Assembly: GCA_964016885.1 (NCBI GenBank)
Contig: OZ024742.1
Coordinates: forward strand, 309,132,001-309,196,000
DNA length: 64,000 nt
Direction of reading: 5' to 3'
From: Eledone cirrhosa
Taxonomy: Eukaryota
Shown one piece after another: positions 26,041-39,619 of this stretch. Within the stretch, counting starts at the first letter, position 1, and each line of letters starts with the position of its first letter. The notes beneath the pieces are model-generated. The model had not been told where the DNA came from and did not search any database. It worked only from the letters and a program-made list of their open reading frames with translations. Position numbers and translations under genes: made by a program.

Positions 26041-26366
26041 ATATATGTATGTCACTGAAAGACACACACATGCACATATATCAAATGTCTTTATTAATTC
26101 CATTAATAAAGACATTCAATATCTATACTAAGCTGGTTTATTAATGATTCCACATATTTATGTGTTACAAGTTCTATTTGCATACTGGTGTGCTTTGAAA
26201 AGTGTGTGCAGGTGTGTGTATTATTCATCACATATAAGCTCATTAGTTAAGTAATGGTCTCATTAGTCATTTCACTAGTAACATCTTATACATATAATCA
26301 TTGTCATTTTAACGTCTGCTTTCCATGTTAACAATGGTGGGACATTATATATATATATATATATAT

Positions 26367-28434
26367 AGTCTACCTCAAATCGATCCAATAGAAGGACCAG
26401 CGGTGCAAGTTAAAGGTAGTATAATAAGTAAGGCAATCAAAGATATGAAGACAGGCAAGGCAGCTGGGCCTTCGGAGATAGTTGCTGAGATGTTGAAGGC
26501 ATCTGGAACGGTGGGACATACTATGGTCACCCGTATAGTTAACCAAGTAATACAGAATGGGGTCATACCCGTATAGTTAACCAAGTAATACAGAATGGGG
26601 TCATACCAAAAGACTGGCGTAGCAGCATCATCATTAACTGCTACAAGGGTAAAGGGGATGCTCTAGATAGGGGAAACTATAGAGGCATTAAGTTAGTTGA
26701 CCAGGTCATGAAGGTCACAGAGAGTTATAGCGCAACTAATCAGAGAGCCAATTGATCTAGATGAAATGCAGTTTGGGTTTGTGACAGGTAAAAGTACCAC
26801 AGACGCTCTTTTCCTTGTATGACAACTACACGAGAAGTACCTAGCTAAAAGTAAACCCCTCTACTTAGCTTTTGTAGACCTGGAGAAAGCCTTTGACAGA
26901 GTCCCCCGCTCCATTATCTGGTGGGCTCTTAGAAAACTAGGTGTAGATTTATGGCTTGTGAGAGCTATACAAGCTATGTATAAAGAAACAGTCAGTAAAG
27001 TTAGAATTAACAATGAATATTGTGAACAATTTAGTGCAAACTTTGGTGTTCATCAAGGCTGTCCTTAGCCCTCTCCTATTTATTATTGCCCTTCAGGCTA
27101 TAACAGGAGTTCAAAACCGGCTGCCCATGGTAACTCCTATACGCAGATGATCTAACGCTCATAGCTGAATCAATGGCTGAACTAGAGAAGAAATTCCAAA
27201 CATGGAAGCATGGCCTAGAATCAAAATCCTTAAAGTTAACTTGTCTAAGACTAAAGTTCTAGTTTGTAGAAAGGAAAATAGGGCACAGGTGCCCTCAGGG
27301 AAATGGCCATGCTCAGTGTGTAGGAAAGGAGTAGGCAGAAATTCCATTTTATGTCCCAAATGCAAAATATGGGTACATAAAAGATGTAGCGGGATCACAG
27401 GTAAATTATCTAAGAACGTAGACTTTATATGTGGCCGATGCTCAGGTGCAATAAGTAGCAAGTGTCCACAGGATACTAGCTCCTTCTATTGCCCAGATGG
27501 TTCTATAGAAATAGTGGACACTTTCCATTACCTGGGTGACGAAATCAGCAGTGGTGGAGGGTGTTCTGAAAGTACAGTAGCCAGAGTCAGAACAGGATGG
27601 AAAAAGTTCAGAGAGCTTATACCGATGTTGGCGACAAAAGGTTTCTCTCTAAAAATGAAAGGCAGATTGTATGATGCCTGTATATGAACAGCAATGCTAC
27701 ATGGTAGTGAGACATGGGCATTACGTGCAGAGGACCTGCGCAGACTGGAAAGGAACGAAGTATGCATGCTCCGTTGGATGTGTAATAGTAATACACGTGA
27801 ATAGCAAAGCATAAATGAACTAAGTGAGATCAGATGCTGTTTACTTGAGAGAAGACCACGTGATGTGCATGAAAGACAACAGCTGTATAAAAAAGTGCAG
27901 AGCGATCAAATTTGATGGTAGTTACAGAGTAGGTAGACCCAGAAAAACCTGGGACAATCTGATAAATTCCAACCTTACACACTTGCACCTCTCTAAGACA
28001 ATCTCACTGGACCGAGATCTTTCGTGCTACGCAGTAATACAAAGCGAAACCTAGTTATTAGGCACCTCCTAACCAAATATACACCCCAATCCACTACCCC
28101 ATCCTCCCACCAACCTCTCTCTGTAAAGTTGGTACCACAACATCCAGTCCAAATAAATGAGATAATGAGATCGAGATTGTGTAGGTGTCACGACAAAAAA
28201 AAAAAAAAACAGTCCACGCTGTAATGTGGCCGTGTAGGTAACACGGTAAAAAGTTCCCAGTTACACACTGTAAATGTGGTTGGTGTTAGGAAGGGCATCC
28301 AGCCCTAGAAAACCTGCCAGATAGTCCTATATGAGCGAGACACGGTCACCCGACCAACCTTGCCTGAAGTGGGACAACTCCCGTCTAACCCATGCTAGCG
28401 TGGAAGATGGACGTTAAATGAAGATGATGATGAT
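26367..28434 (+). mobile_element. 5'-truncated RTE-clade LINE with RT and an internal PHD-type finger; inactive
   Basis: KAIKDMKTGKAAGPSEIVAEMLK, AFVDLEKAFD, YADDL, CSVC..CPKC..HKRC..CGRC, LHGSETW and a (GAT)n tail. A 38-bp internal tandem duplication (26529-26604) and stop codons disrupt it; (TA)n flanks both sides. Confidence 0.95.
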
Positions 28435-29417
28435 ATATATATATATACACACACACATACATATATCACTGTTTTACATGTTTTTCATGCTGGCATGGGT
28501 TGGATCAGTCAGGTTGTCACATTCTGAAATTAGACAGGTCAGATACCCATATCCTGCTTATACATTCCAGTTTGACATGGTTTCTATGGCTGAATGCTCT
28601 CCCTAATGCCAACTCCTTTACAGCATGTACTGGGTGAATTTTATCATGGCACCAGCTCTATCACTTTATAGCCTGCACTGGTGCATTCCACTATGGTATT
28701 ATCCCTAGGGTGATTGTATCCTCACACAGGCAGAGAGAGATGGTGAGAGGAGTGAGGATTTTGCAAGCATGATAGAAATGGTATTGTTGGAACAATAGCA
28801 GTTACATGTTGCTTGTTCTGAGAGCCATCACCACAGGATGAGTATGTGACAACCTCTCTACTGCTAATGCCATAAAAAATGCATCCAGTACACTCTGTTA
28901 AGTAGTAGTGGTGTTGCCATGAAAAAATGCGCCTAGTACAGCCTGTAAAGTGGATAGCATTAGGAAGGGTATCCAGCCATGGAATGGAGTGTATCCAGTC
29001 AAACATGGAGTGTATGAAAAAGATGAGTTGATCCAACCCATCTAGTCATAGACTGTGACAACTCGTGCTATCCATGCCAGCAGAGAAAGAAGACATATAA
29101 TGATAATGATGAATAGAACACTGAAGTAAATCCATTACAAATATGGAGCTGTATTTCTCTATGTTCACACCATGGCCTTAACTGATCAATAAAAGAGACC
29201 AATAAAATTAACAATCATTGATATAATCCTCCAAGTATTATTCTATATGGCATTGTACCAAAGTGTAAGATATCACATACTATCTATCTATAAATATATA
29301 TCACCATCATCATCATCATTGTTTAATGGTCACTTTCCAGTTGATGATGATATATATTTATATATAGATAGTGTGTATATGCTGTAATAATATATATATA
29401 TATATATATATATACCC

Positions 29418-29727
29418 CATCCACACCACCCCTTTCAATGTAAAGTTATGTTGGTACCACAACATCCAGCCCAAAACAAACGAGGTTGTGTAGGTGTCAC
29501 GACAAAAAAACACAGTCCACGCTGTAATGTGGCCGTGTAGCTAACACGGTAAAAACCTCCCATTTCCACATTGTAAATGTGGTTGGTGTTAGGAAGGGCA
29601 TCCAGCCGTAGAAAACCCGCCAGACAGTCCTATGCGAGCAAGACAACCACTCTTGCCTCAAGTGGGAAAACTCCCGTCCAAACCCATGCAAGCGTGGAAT
29701 ATGGACGTTAAACGATGATGATGATGA

Positions 29728-29731
<4 letters not shown>
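29418..29731 (+). mobile_element. RTE LINE 3' UTR-only copy
   Basis: Matches 28085-28434 and lies between (TA)n runs. Confidence 0.85.
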
Positions 29732-29761
<30 letters not shown>

Positions 29762-29839
29762 CAAGTGTTGCATTGATCTGTAATGGTGATAGGTAATCTT
29801 GAAATTGATCCATGTTTTAACAGACAAGCAATATTAGTA

Positions 29840-29880
<41 letters not shown>

Positions 29881-29959
29881 ACATCATAAAAGGTTATAGA
29901 GGTCAAATAGTTGGGAGGTGGGTATACTATGTGTTTGACAAGAATAAGAGAGATGAATG

Positions 29960-30215
29960 TTGAGCTGGCTTGGCTAGTGGTTATATGTAACTAGCTGGCT
30001 TTGGTGGTGGTTTTATATAACTATCAGGCTTTGATCTGGCTTTGGCAAAGGTTTTATATAACTAGCAGGCTTTGAGCTGGCTTGACTAGAGGTTATATGT
30101 AACTAGGTGGCTTTGATGGAAGTTTTATATAATTAACCAGTTTTGAGGGGAGGTTTTATATAACTAGCAGGCTTTGAGCTGGCTTGACTAGAGGTTATAT
30201 GTAACTAGCTAACTT
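29960..30215. repeat. Degenerate minisatellite (ggttttatataactagcaggctttgagctggcttgactag)
   Basis: About 7 recurrences of ggtt(t)atat(g)taact. Confidence 0.8.
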
Positions 30216-30812
30216 GAGTGGATCTTCTGTTGGTTTCAACAATGAGCATTTGGTTGTTCAATCAGCAGTATATCCAAGTCACTACAATAATGTGTAGGCA
30301 GTTGAGTATTCCATAGACACATGTACTCTTAACATAATTCCCAAGCCAAATCAGCATGATATATGTGACAAGACTGGACCTTTAAGTTACAAGTACAATC
30401 CATCTGATGGGCTTCCAAACAGTTTCAGTCTAACTAGTTTTAATAACTTCATATATATGTCATTAATAATCTAGAATATTGAATAACATTCAGTGGTAGT
30501 TCTCAGCAGCACTGTAGTTCATAAGAGAAGCATTAGCTTATAATGTTCATCATCATTTAACATCATTTTCCATGTTTGCATGGATTAGATGGGTCACCCA
30601 TGTCACGAGACAAATCTGGCCAGTTGACCATGCCGTACATTGCTCGGACGGAACTAAATATAGCTGAGATTTTTACAACTGGATGTCCTTCCTAACACCA
30701 ACCACTGAACAAAATCTTTTGACAAGCTAAAAATATTTCCTATCTAAAAAGAGAGATATCAATTCATCCACTTAAAAACATGACAGCAGCAACACACTCG
30801 AATGATATTTAC

Positions 30813-30855
30813 CTGTAGTACAGGACAACTCAAAATACCTCAAAATGTGGCACAT
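30813..30855 (-). CDS. Possible N-terminal extension of PP2C (MCHILRYFELSCTT+E), in frame with the 7535 ATG if spliced directly to 7537
   Basis: ATG at 30855-30853 is followed by 14 codons plus 1 nt; G|AA gives Glu and then ATG GGT of the next exon. Confidence 0.35.
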
Positions 30856-30997
30856 TAAATGGAATCTATATTGCCTTCAAGTATTACAGATTCACCATAT
30901 TCATGACAAGACTGGGACCTGTATCATTAAAACACCCAAGTGAGCTCCTATGAGAAGCAGCCTCATGTGAGGCCAGTGAAACATGCACAGGAATGAG
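30813..30997 (-). other. Probable upstream (5' UTR/alternative N-terminal) exon of the PP2C gene
   Basis: Non-repetitive 185-nt island with acceptor ttgttgtttctgttgcag (AG at 30999-30998) and donor CAG|GTAAAT at 30812, on the same strand as the PP2C exon. All three frames contain stops in the 5' part. There is no transcript evidence. Confidence 0.5.
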
Positions 30998-31734
30998 CTG
31001 CAACAGAAACAACAATATTTACTCTCTTCTATCAATATTAAAGAGAAAATCAGTCACAAGCCAATGGGGAAGCATCTATGTGGTAGCTTGATCTGCTAGA
31101 AATAGCACCCAAGTACCTCAGAAATGTCAGTCTTCAAAAAAAGAGGCTTACTCTTGATAATGTACATCTCTAGAAAACATTACGTCTGGAAGACAGAGAC
31201 AGGATATTCATGACTGAAACACCTGTGATCATTGGTTTGTTCAGTCAGAGATGAATTAGGGCTAGGTAACAACACAAAATCAGTGAAACTATATATTAAA
31301 GGACAAACAAGAAATAAGTAAACCCAAGAGATAATCAAGAGGTGTAAGTTGCAACTTACTAACGTATTTTTCATGAAAAACCATGTCAAGGTGCTTGTAT
31401 TAGTATATACGTGTATATTGAAGTGTAAGCATGTATATACACAACATATAACTAGACATATACATAGAAATATGTGAAAATACATATTACATAGAAATGC
31501 GAGTATACATATACATACAAATGTGTAAATATATATATATATATACACATATATGTATGGTCCTGTAACTCCTGATAGTGTCGTAGGGGCACTGTATTGA
31601 CATACTGCGTTTCTTGGGTATTTTAAGCCTGGCGGAGTTCATCCCTCTCCAGGCCTGAGTACAGCAGATTTCTCCCAGAGTAAGATAGAAAGTGAGAGAG
31701 AGGAAAATGAGAAAGAGATATAGAGGAAGAATTG

Positions 31735-31888
31735 ACCCCAATATCTAGACTGGTACTTTTTTATCGACCTTGAAAGAACGAAAGAAAGTTGACCTCGGCG
31801 GGATTTAAACTCGGAAAGCAGAGAGCCGGAACAAATACCATAAAGCATTCTATCCAATGTTCTAATGCCTCTGCCAATTCACTGCCTG
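31735..31888 (-). mobile_element. tRNA-derived SINE (same core as 18979)
   Basis: The reverse complement contains GAGTTTAAATCCCGCCGAGGTCAAC...GGTCGATAAAAAAGTACCAG. Confidence 0.75.
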
Positions 31889-32959
31889 ATATATACATAC
31901 GTGTGAGTATACAAATACATACATGTGAGTATACATGTACATACAAATGTATGTGTGTGTATACATAACATAGATAAAAATGTGCACATATACCTGAGTA
32001 TGTATATATGTGTGTATGCATACATATTACAATAGCATAGTGTTGCTTGCAGAATTTCCTGTCACGTATAATTGACATCTGGTTTTCCTATAGGCAGTTG
32101 ATTATGTAGACATTTCTAGCACAAATCACAATGATTTTTCTGTATGTGTTGGGGTGGGAGAGATTTCACAGGTGGACACCTCTTTTTTAGATTCATCTTT
32201 CATTATTCTTTACTTCATGTTCGTATTGATATTCACAAGCAGATGTGCACATGTTCTACCTAACTTCTCGACTCTACTCCATCTGCTTTCTTCTAACTTC
32301 CCTACTCCAACTCCACCTTCTATATAATTCAGTAAAATATTCACATCTGACATTTTTAATATGACAGAGTACACCTAGAGCAGTCAAGTACATGGTTAAA
32401 TACTGTGCAATATTTAGTATGTAGGGAGCTCAAACCCTACTAGATATAACTTTGCTTTCAACTCTTCGGGATCAATGAGAGAAATAATTAAATGTATTGG
32501 CAATTATCCTAATTGCTTTGACTATTTAGCTCTGAATTGAGAGACTACAGCTCTGATATTACAGACGTGTGGTTAGAATGTCTCAGGAAAAAAAAAACAC
32601 TGGAAATATTTTACGAGCAAAACCAACTGGTAGGAAACTAGGGGTAGACCCCAAGCAAGAAGCTTGGATAACATCCATGAACTCAGCTGGATCCAGCTAG
32701 ATCAACTGGAAATGGTTGCTTCTGACAGGACCAGCTGGAAGGAGTACTTGGACTCTGCCCCCATGACCCTCCCAGGAATAAGTGGTGAGGAGGAGGGGTA
32801 GAAGAAGATCCTCTATAAAAATGATCCCAAATGTCTAGTAAACAGTGGATATAAATAAACCAGCAAAATTATTTATTACACTTCAATGAGTTAAAACACA
32901 TACACACAATTACGGGGAATGCAATATTTTAAAAGATCAGAACACAAACCCAAGCACTG

Positions 32960-33200
32960 TCACCCATAATGTGGAAGACATCCAAATACTAGGGCATGAT
33001 TGGCTATTTCTTTTTCATGTCAGTCAAGACCTTCAATATACTCAGTCCTGGACTAATGTTTTATTCTTCAAAACTGGGAGGAATGCATCTCACCTAATGA
33101 AGGAACACCATGAGGTAGAATGGCTGATACAATGGGTGTTGCTGGCTGTTTTCCATGGCAATGCTTTTGCCATCTTGTCCACAGGGTGCAGCTGAGATAT
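32960..33200 (+). mobile_element. Remnant C-terminus of a restriction-like-endonuclease (CRE-like) non-LTR retrotransposon
   Basis: WLIQWVLLAVFHGNAFAILST resembles the WLFQRLSLAVQRGNAASILGT-type C-terminal motif. Confidence 0.4.
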
Positions 33201-36200
33201 ACCACCCACTATGGATATAGAGTTTGTCCTTCCCTTCCCCATTTTATTTTCTCCAACATTTCTTCTCTCTTTATTATTTTAATTCAATTTTTTTTCAAAT
33301 ACTTTCAACAATACATTACAGAAAAATAATCACTGCGATGTGAAGGTAGTCAGCAACTGAGAACAAAGGAGTTCAAAACTTGCTAAAACCACTAAGATTC
33401 ATTTCTAGCTAAGTTATACTAATCTTTCTAGCAGAAAATTGGTATATTTTTAGGAATGAATAGTTAGTTGCATAAGTGGCCTATATCTAGCTAGAAAAAT
33501 GTTGGCTCCCAAAATGTTTATACAAATATTTAAACTTGTAAAATCTCTCTCACATGTGCTAGCTTGGTAGATAAAATGAATGATAATCAATTTATAAAAT
33601 CAAAATGGCTGAGATGATGAGACTTAACAACCAACATACTAATTTGTGATTTCAAATCAGTTACAGTTACTGTGTTATGTCTGTGAACATGACACGTTAT
33701 TTTGGTGACCTCTTCATCTCTTCAGGAATTGCAATGGTAGGAGCACATGTGTGTTAAGAAAAATAATAAATCCTTAATTCTCCAAATCCTGAGATATGCA
33801 ACTTATAAATTGTTTCGGTCTTATCCCTTTTGTTACCCTATTTCTAATGAATAAACACTCCCTATACATTTCAAATGATTTTAAGAATAACCAAGATATT
33901 GGAGGGATTAAGTAAAATAACTGATTGAATTGATCTCTGTATAATATTATTGGCATTTATTTTATAGAAGCTGGAAATGGGGAAATACAAAGTTCTTAGT
34001 CTACGTCAGTGAAATATATACATATACACCAGGTCTGAACACAAAGGATCCAAACTCCCATTGTCACTGCCTCGCCAGTTTTGCCAATCTCTCACTATTA
34101 TGAGCAAATGGGGGGGCGCCTACACGGTGGCTGCCCCATGGCCCCGGCGGACAGAATAGAGAAAGTGTTTCCCCCGAGGATGGTGAGCGACATGCTGGAA
34201 GAACCATTCCAGCTCGTGAAACAAACTTTGACATTATATTAAGTTGGTGTTTGAAAAATATTTTAATAAAGGTTTTTAGATAAAACTAAGATGGAAGATT
34301 TTTAGATAAATATAAACAAATGAAAATGATTTGTATCAAAGAATCATGAGCGCTTTCAGGAGGTTTGGTATTAAAAGTATTTCATATAACTTTCTCAGTG
34401 GGTGGTTTCAAATTTGCATGCAGGTGAAATTTTATCTTTATGTGAAGAGTTTCCTCACCCAGTCTTATTGTATCATCTGATAGCTCATTGAACTGAAGGA
34501 TAGAGATTTCAGTGTGCAGCTCAGATAGATATACGAGACATCTACAATGAATATTAACTCAGGACCTTAAATACCATATCCACTTATTTATTTACCTTAG
34601 ACCAGGCCTTCCCAAACTTTGGAAATCATAACCATCTTTTTAAAAAGAAATGGCACCAAACTCCTGCTTCCTTTCGGTAAAATACATTTATTGTGTCATC
34701 ACTTTAACAGAATTTTTCCACATGGTTATTAATTTTTTACAATTTGGGGGTTTGATTTTTGAATGTACAATGGCAAAGTTTTATTTTTTGCTGAAATTAT
34801 TCAATAACTAACAAATAATTATCCTATAGCTCAAATATAGAATAAAAACAAATTTCTCAATTGCACTCATGACTCCCACGATGGGAAGGGGTGTCAGTGG
34901 AATGTATGTCATTGTAAATATTATCAGAAAAGACAGAGAGGTGACACAGTTTGATAGTGGTTCTGTAGTTGGTCATTTTGTCTGGGTGAAGGTGACTAGT
35001 CTATCTTGCAGATGGACCATTATAACTCTTCAGCTGTTATGAAGCCCACATTTTACCTTCTCATTTTACTATACTAACCAGACAATCTTTTCAAAAAACA
35101 CACCTGACATACACAACCAAACATACACTTTCTCTTTCTCTCTCAACACACGGAAACACAAACTCCAAGAAACTGAAGCTATATCACATTACACACACAT
35201 TGTTAAACAATGAAAAAATACGAAAACAAAAGGTAGTAATGCATACATGCATGCATAAACACACACACCCATACATACATACATACATACATACATACAT
35301 ACATACATACATACGGAGGGAGGGGAGGGGTATCTACATATTAGGTTCAATAAAACATCAGAAAACCTATAATGATAGAAAGATTAACTGGGGTAATTTA
35401 ATGAGCAATTCAGCCTTGACTGTTTTCTCTTTTTCCATTGAAGTTGTTTGTGATAAAAAGCCAGAATTTTGAACAATCATACAATAGACAGTTAGGATTT
35501 CCTATCTCATTGTCATAAAACTAATGAAGACAATAAACACCTGTAACAACACACGCCCACACATACATACATAGAGCTTCAGCTGGATGTTTAGCCCCAG
35601 GTCAGGTCTGGTCAAGCAGACAAATGATTAAACGAGTGTCAAAGTAAAGTACAAGTATAGTATTGGGATTTATATAATTGACTCCCTTCCTCTAAATTGC
35701 TGGCCTTGTGCTGAAATTAGAAATCATTATTCTTATTGTTATTGGATGGATTATGTGAAGGCACGTGGCTTAGTGGTTAGAGAGTTGGATTCACAATCAT
35801 GAGGTTGTGAGTTCAATTCTTGGATCGGGTGATGTGCTGTCTCCTTCAGCAAGACACTTTATTTCATGTTTCTCCTTCTGCCAGGAGTTGCGACCAGTAG
35901 ATAGTATCAGCAATGGAAAGACTAATGGAAACATTGTTTCCTTGGTCTGATTTGATGAGATCCACCCCACTCGGCAAGCGAATAAGGTCTGGAATCTTGA
36001 CGATCGATCAGAGCAAGGATTGACAGAATCATTAGAGCATTTGACAGAATCATTAGAGAATTGGACAAAATGCATTGCAGGATTTATTAATGACATTTCA
36101 TGTTCTAGTTTCAAATACTTTTGAGGTCAACTTTGCGTTTCATCCTCCTGTGTTTGATCAAATAATGTACCAGTCAAGAACTGGGATCAGTATAACCAAC

Positions 36201-36779
36201 ATATCTCTTCCTCGCAAAATGGAAACCATTATCTTGGTAAAGTAATATCTAGTGAAAATAAGGAATACATGGGGATCATAAAGACTACAAATGCCACTGT
36301 ACACACATAGCTATACATAAAACAGCAACACTTTTCATCACATAGGCCAGTAAAACATAAGTTTATCTTAGGACTAATATGAACATGCTATCTAATAGAT
36401 AGCATATTTGTCTTGTTACATAGGTGTACCTATACAGAGGCCTGCTATGTTTTGTTTTTTTTCTTAATTACAAGGGGCATTAGATACCTTTCTCAGTCTG
36501 TCATGGCTTACCAGCTCTACACAGACACTTGAATTCATAAAATAAATAATATATAGAAGAGAGACTAACACACACACATACATTACATTCTATGTGTGTG
36601 TGTGTGTGCATGTCTATAGTGGACACTGTATGAAGGTTGTAGTGTACATAGGACCATGACTTTATTTGAGAGGTATTCTGTATATACATACATGTGTTTG
36701 TGTATACACATACATATGTGAATGTATATATGCATTTTTGTGGGCATATATATATATATGTGTGTGTATATGTAACCCA

Positions 36780-37030
36780 TGCGTTGAGCAAGGCACTTTA
36801 TTTTACGTTACTCCAGTTCATTCAGCTGTAGAAATGACTTGCAACGTCACTGGTGCCAAGCTGTATCGGTCCATTCCCTTTCCCTTGGACAACATCGGTG
36901 GCATGGAGAGGGGAGACTGATATGCATGGGTGACTGCTGGTCTTCCACAAGACAAACCTTGCCCAGGCTTGTGCCTCAGAGGGAAACTCTAGGTGCAAAA
37001 CCATGGTCATTTGTGACCGAGTGGGGCTTT
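36780..37030 (+). mobile_element. SINE fragment (central domain plus a different 3' tail)
   Basis: ttgagcaaggcactttattttacgttactccagt core, shared with the SINE at 17071. Confidence 0.65.
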
Positions 37031-37831
37031 CATATGTAACCCAACAAAAGAAGGAGAGAGAGAGAGAGAGAATTTTCATTTTATATCTACTTTTCCATTC
37101 AGATATAGGTTGATATAGACAGATAAAAAGGATGTGTGGTTCTGCTCTCTTACCATTGTGCATGTTTATCCGGAAGCTTTGAGGCTTCGGGCAAAGAGAA
37201 TTCCTTTTATATATAGAGATATATATGGTCACTGAAACTGAATAAACATGTTAACACGCATACAGCAACAATAACACAACAACTATACACTCAGTCATGA
37301 ATGTCTAGAAAATAAATGCTATGAAAATGTCAATCATGTTCTTCTGATTAAGAGAAAAACATTTATTAACAACAACCTCTTCTTTCGGCACACAAAACGC
37401 CTGCTATACACAACACACCAGCTTCTCTATTACACTGATTAATAGAAGTAGAATACAACTGTAAACATATGTGCACTAAAAACAGAAGTGTCAATCATAG
37501 AACCTGTTAAAACTTGCACCAGAGTTGCAAAACTATGCAATCTGCAAAACAGAAATATAACACCTGCTGCAGCAGCTGTATGAGATTCTTTACAAAATGT
37601 AAGAATTGCTTCACAAATGTTAACATAATATTTATTTCTCAAAACCTTAACCAAAATGGTAAAATGTCAACAAGTCGACCATGACAGTGCATCATCATCA
37701 TCATCATCGTTTTTTGTTTGTTTGTATTTTTCATTGACTTCTCCATGCTGGATTGAGTTAGATTGGATTTTTTGAGGCCATGTTTTTCCAATCAGATACC
37801 CTTCCTGTCATCAACCCTTTTAGTTGCTTCT

Positions 37832-39040
37832 ATCTTGTAATAACCACCAATCAGAGACATAAACATGATATTAACAGTGGCAGGATATCTTGTAATAACC
37901 ACCAATCAGAAAGGTTTACATGACAATGGCAGGCCATCTTGTAATAAACACCAATCAGAAAGGTTTACATGACAATGGCAGGCCATCTTGTAATAAACAC
38001 CAATCAGAAAGGTTAACATGACAATGGCAGGCCATCTTGTAATAAACACCAATCAGAAAGGTTAACATGACAATGGCAGGACATCTTGTAATAAACACCA
38101 ATCAGAAAGGTTAACATGACAATGGCAGGACATCTTGTAATAAACACCAATCAGAAAGGTTAACATGACAATGGCAGGACATCTTGTAATAAACACCAAT
38201 CAGAAAGGTTAACATGACAATGGCAGGACATCTTGTAATAAACACCAATCAGAAAGGTTTACATGACAATGGCAGGCCATCTTGTAATAACCACCAATCA
38301 GAAAGGTTAACATGACAATGGCAGGACATCTTGTAATAACCACCAATCAGAAAGGTTAACATGACAATGGCAGGACATGTTGTAATAACCACCAATCAGA
38401 AAGGTTAACATGACAATGGCAGGACATCTTGTAATAAACACCAATCAGAAAGGTTTACATGACAATGGCAGGACATCTTGTAATAACCACCAATCAGAAA
38501 GGTTAACATGACAATGGCAGGCCATCTTGTAATAACCACCAATCAGAAAGGTTAACATGACAATGGCAGGACATCTTGTAATAACCACCAATCAGAAAGG
38601 TTAACATGACAATGGCAGGACATCTTGTAATAACCACCAATCAGAAAGGTTAACATGACAATGGCAGGACATCTTGTAATAACCACCAATCAGAAAGGTT
38701 AACATGACAATGGCAGGACATCTTGTAATAACCACCAATCAGAAAGGTTTACATGACAATGACAGGACATCTTGTAATAACCACCAATCAAAGGTTTAGA
38801 TGACAATGGCAGGACGTCTTGTAATAACCACCAATCAGAGAAATAAACATGATAGTGACAGGACATCTTGTAATAACCACCAATCAGAGAGGTTAAAATA
38901 ATAATAATGGCAGGATATCCTGTAATAACCACCAATCAGAGAGGTTTACATGACAATGACAGGACTTCTTGTAATAACCACCAATCAGAAAGGTTTACAT
39001 GACAATGACAGGACGTCTTGTTTATAACCACCAATCAGAG
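37832..39040. repeat. 49-bp minisatellite, about 24-25 copies, homogeneous centre
   Basis: Unit atcttgtaataaccaccaatcagaaaggttaacatgacaatggcaggac. Confidence 0.97.
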
Positions 39041-39497
39041 AAGCAAACAATACCAAGACCCAAGTCTCTAACAGATTTTTTTATTTTGTTCAAATGAAAG
39101 AAAGAATTACAATAATGCCATGAACTAATTATCATATATATGGATTATAAGCCGAACCCACTCCCTTGTTTTATGTCCAAAAAATGAGAAACATGAGAAT
39201 AAGTGAAGGCGGTTTATCAACACTATATTTAGATGGCATGGTTTTATAAATTCCCATGAGTGGAGAATATTTTTATGAAATTTTGATATTAAATGTTTCA
39301 AGTGTTTACATTATAGTTTATTTTTGTTTCACAACTCCATTACATAATGATTTTTTACCATTTCATCAATTTTATAAGATTTCAACCGGTTTCTCAAATT
39401 TTTATTTACTCCCTCTTAGTATACAAGAATATCACCATCTTCTGAATGTTAACATTCAAATTGAATGAAATGTGTTTGTATACAATAATGAAATAAA

Positions 39498-39619
<122 letters not shown>

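Noticed and set aside
37832-39040. CRISPR-like array
   Set aside because: Head-to-tail repeats without unique spacers, in a eukaryotic context with no cas genes.
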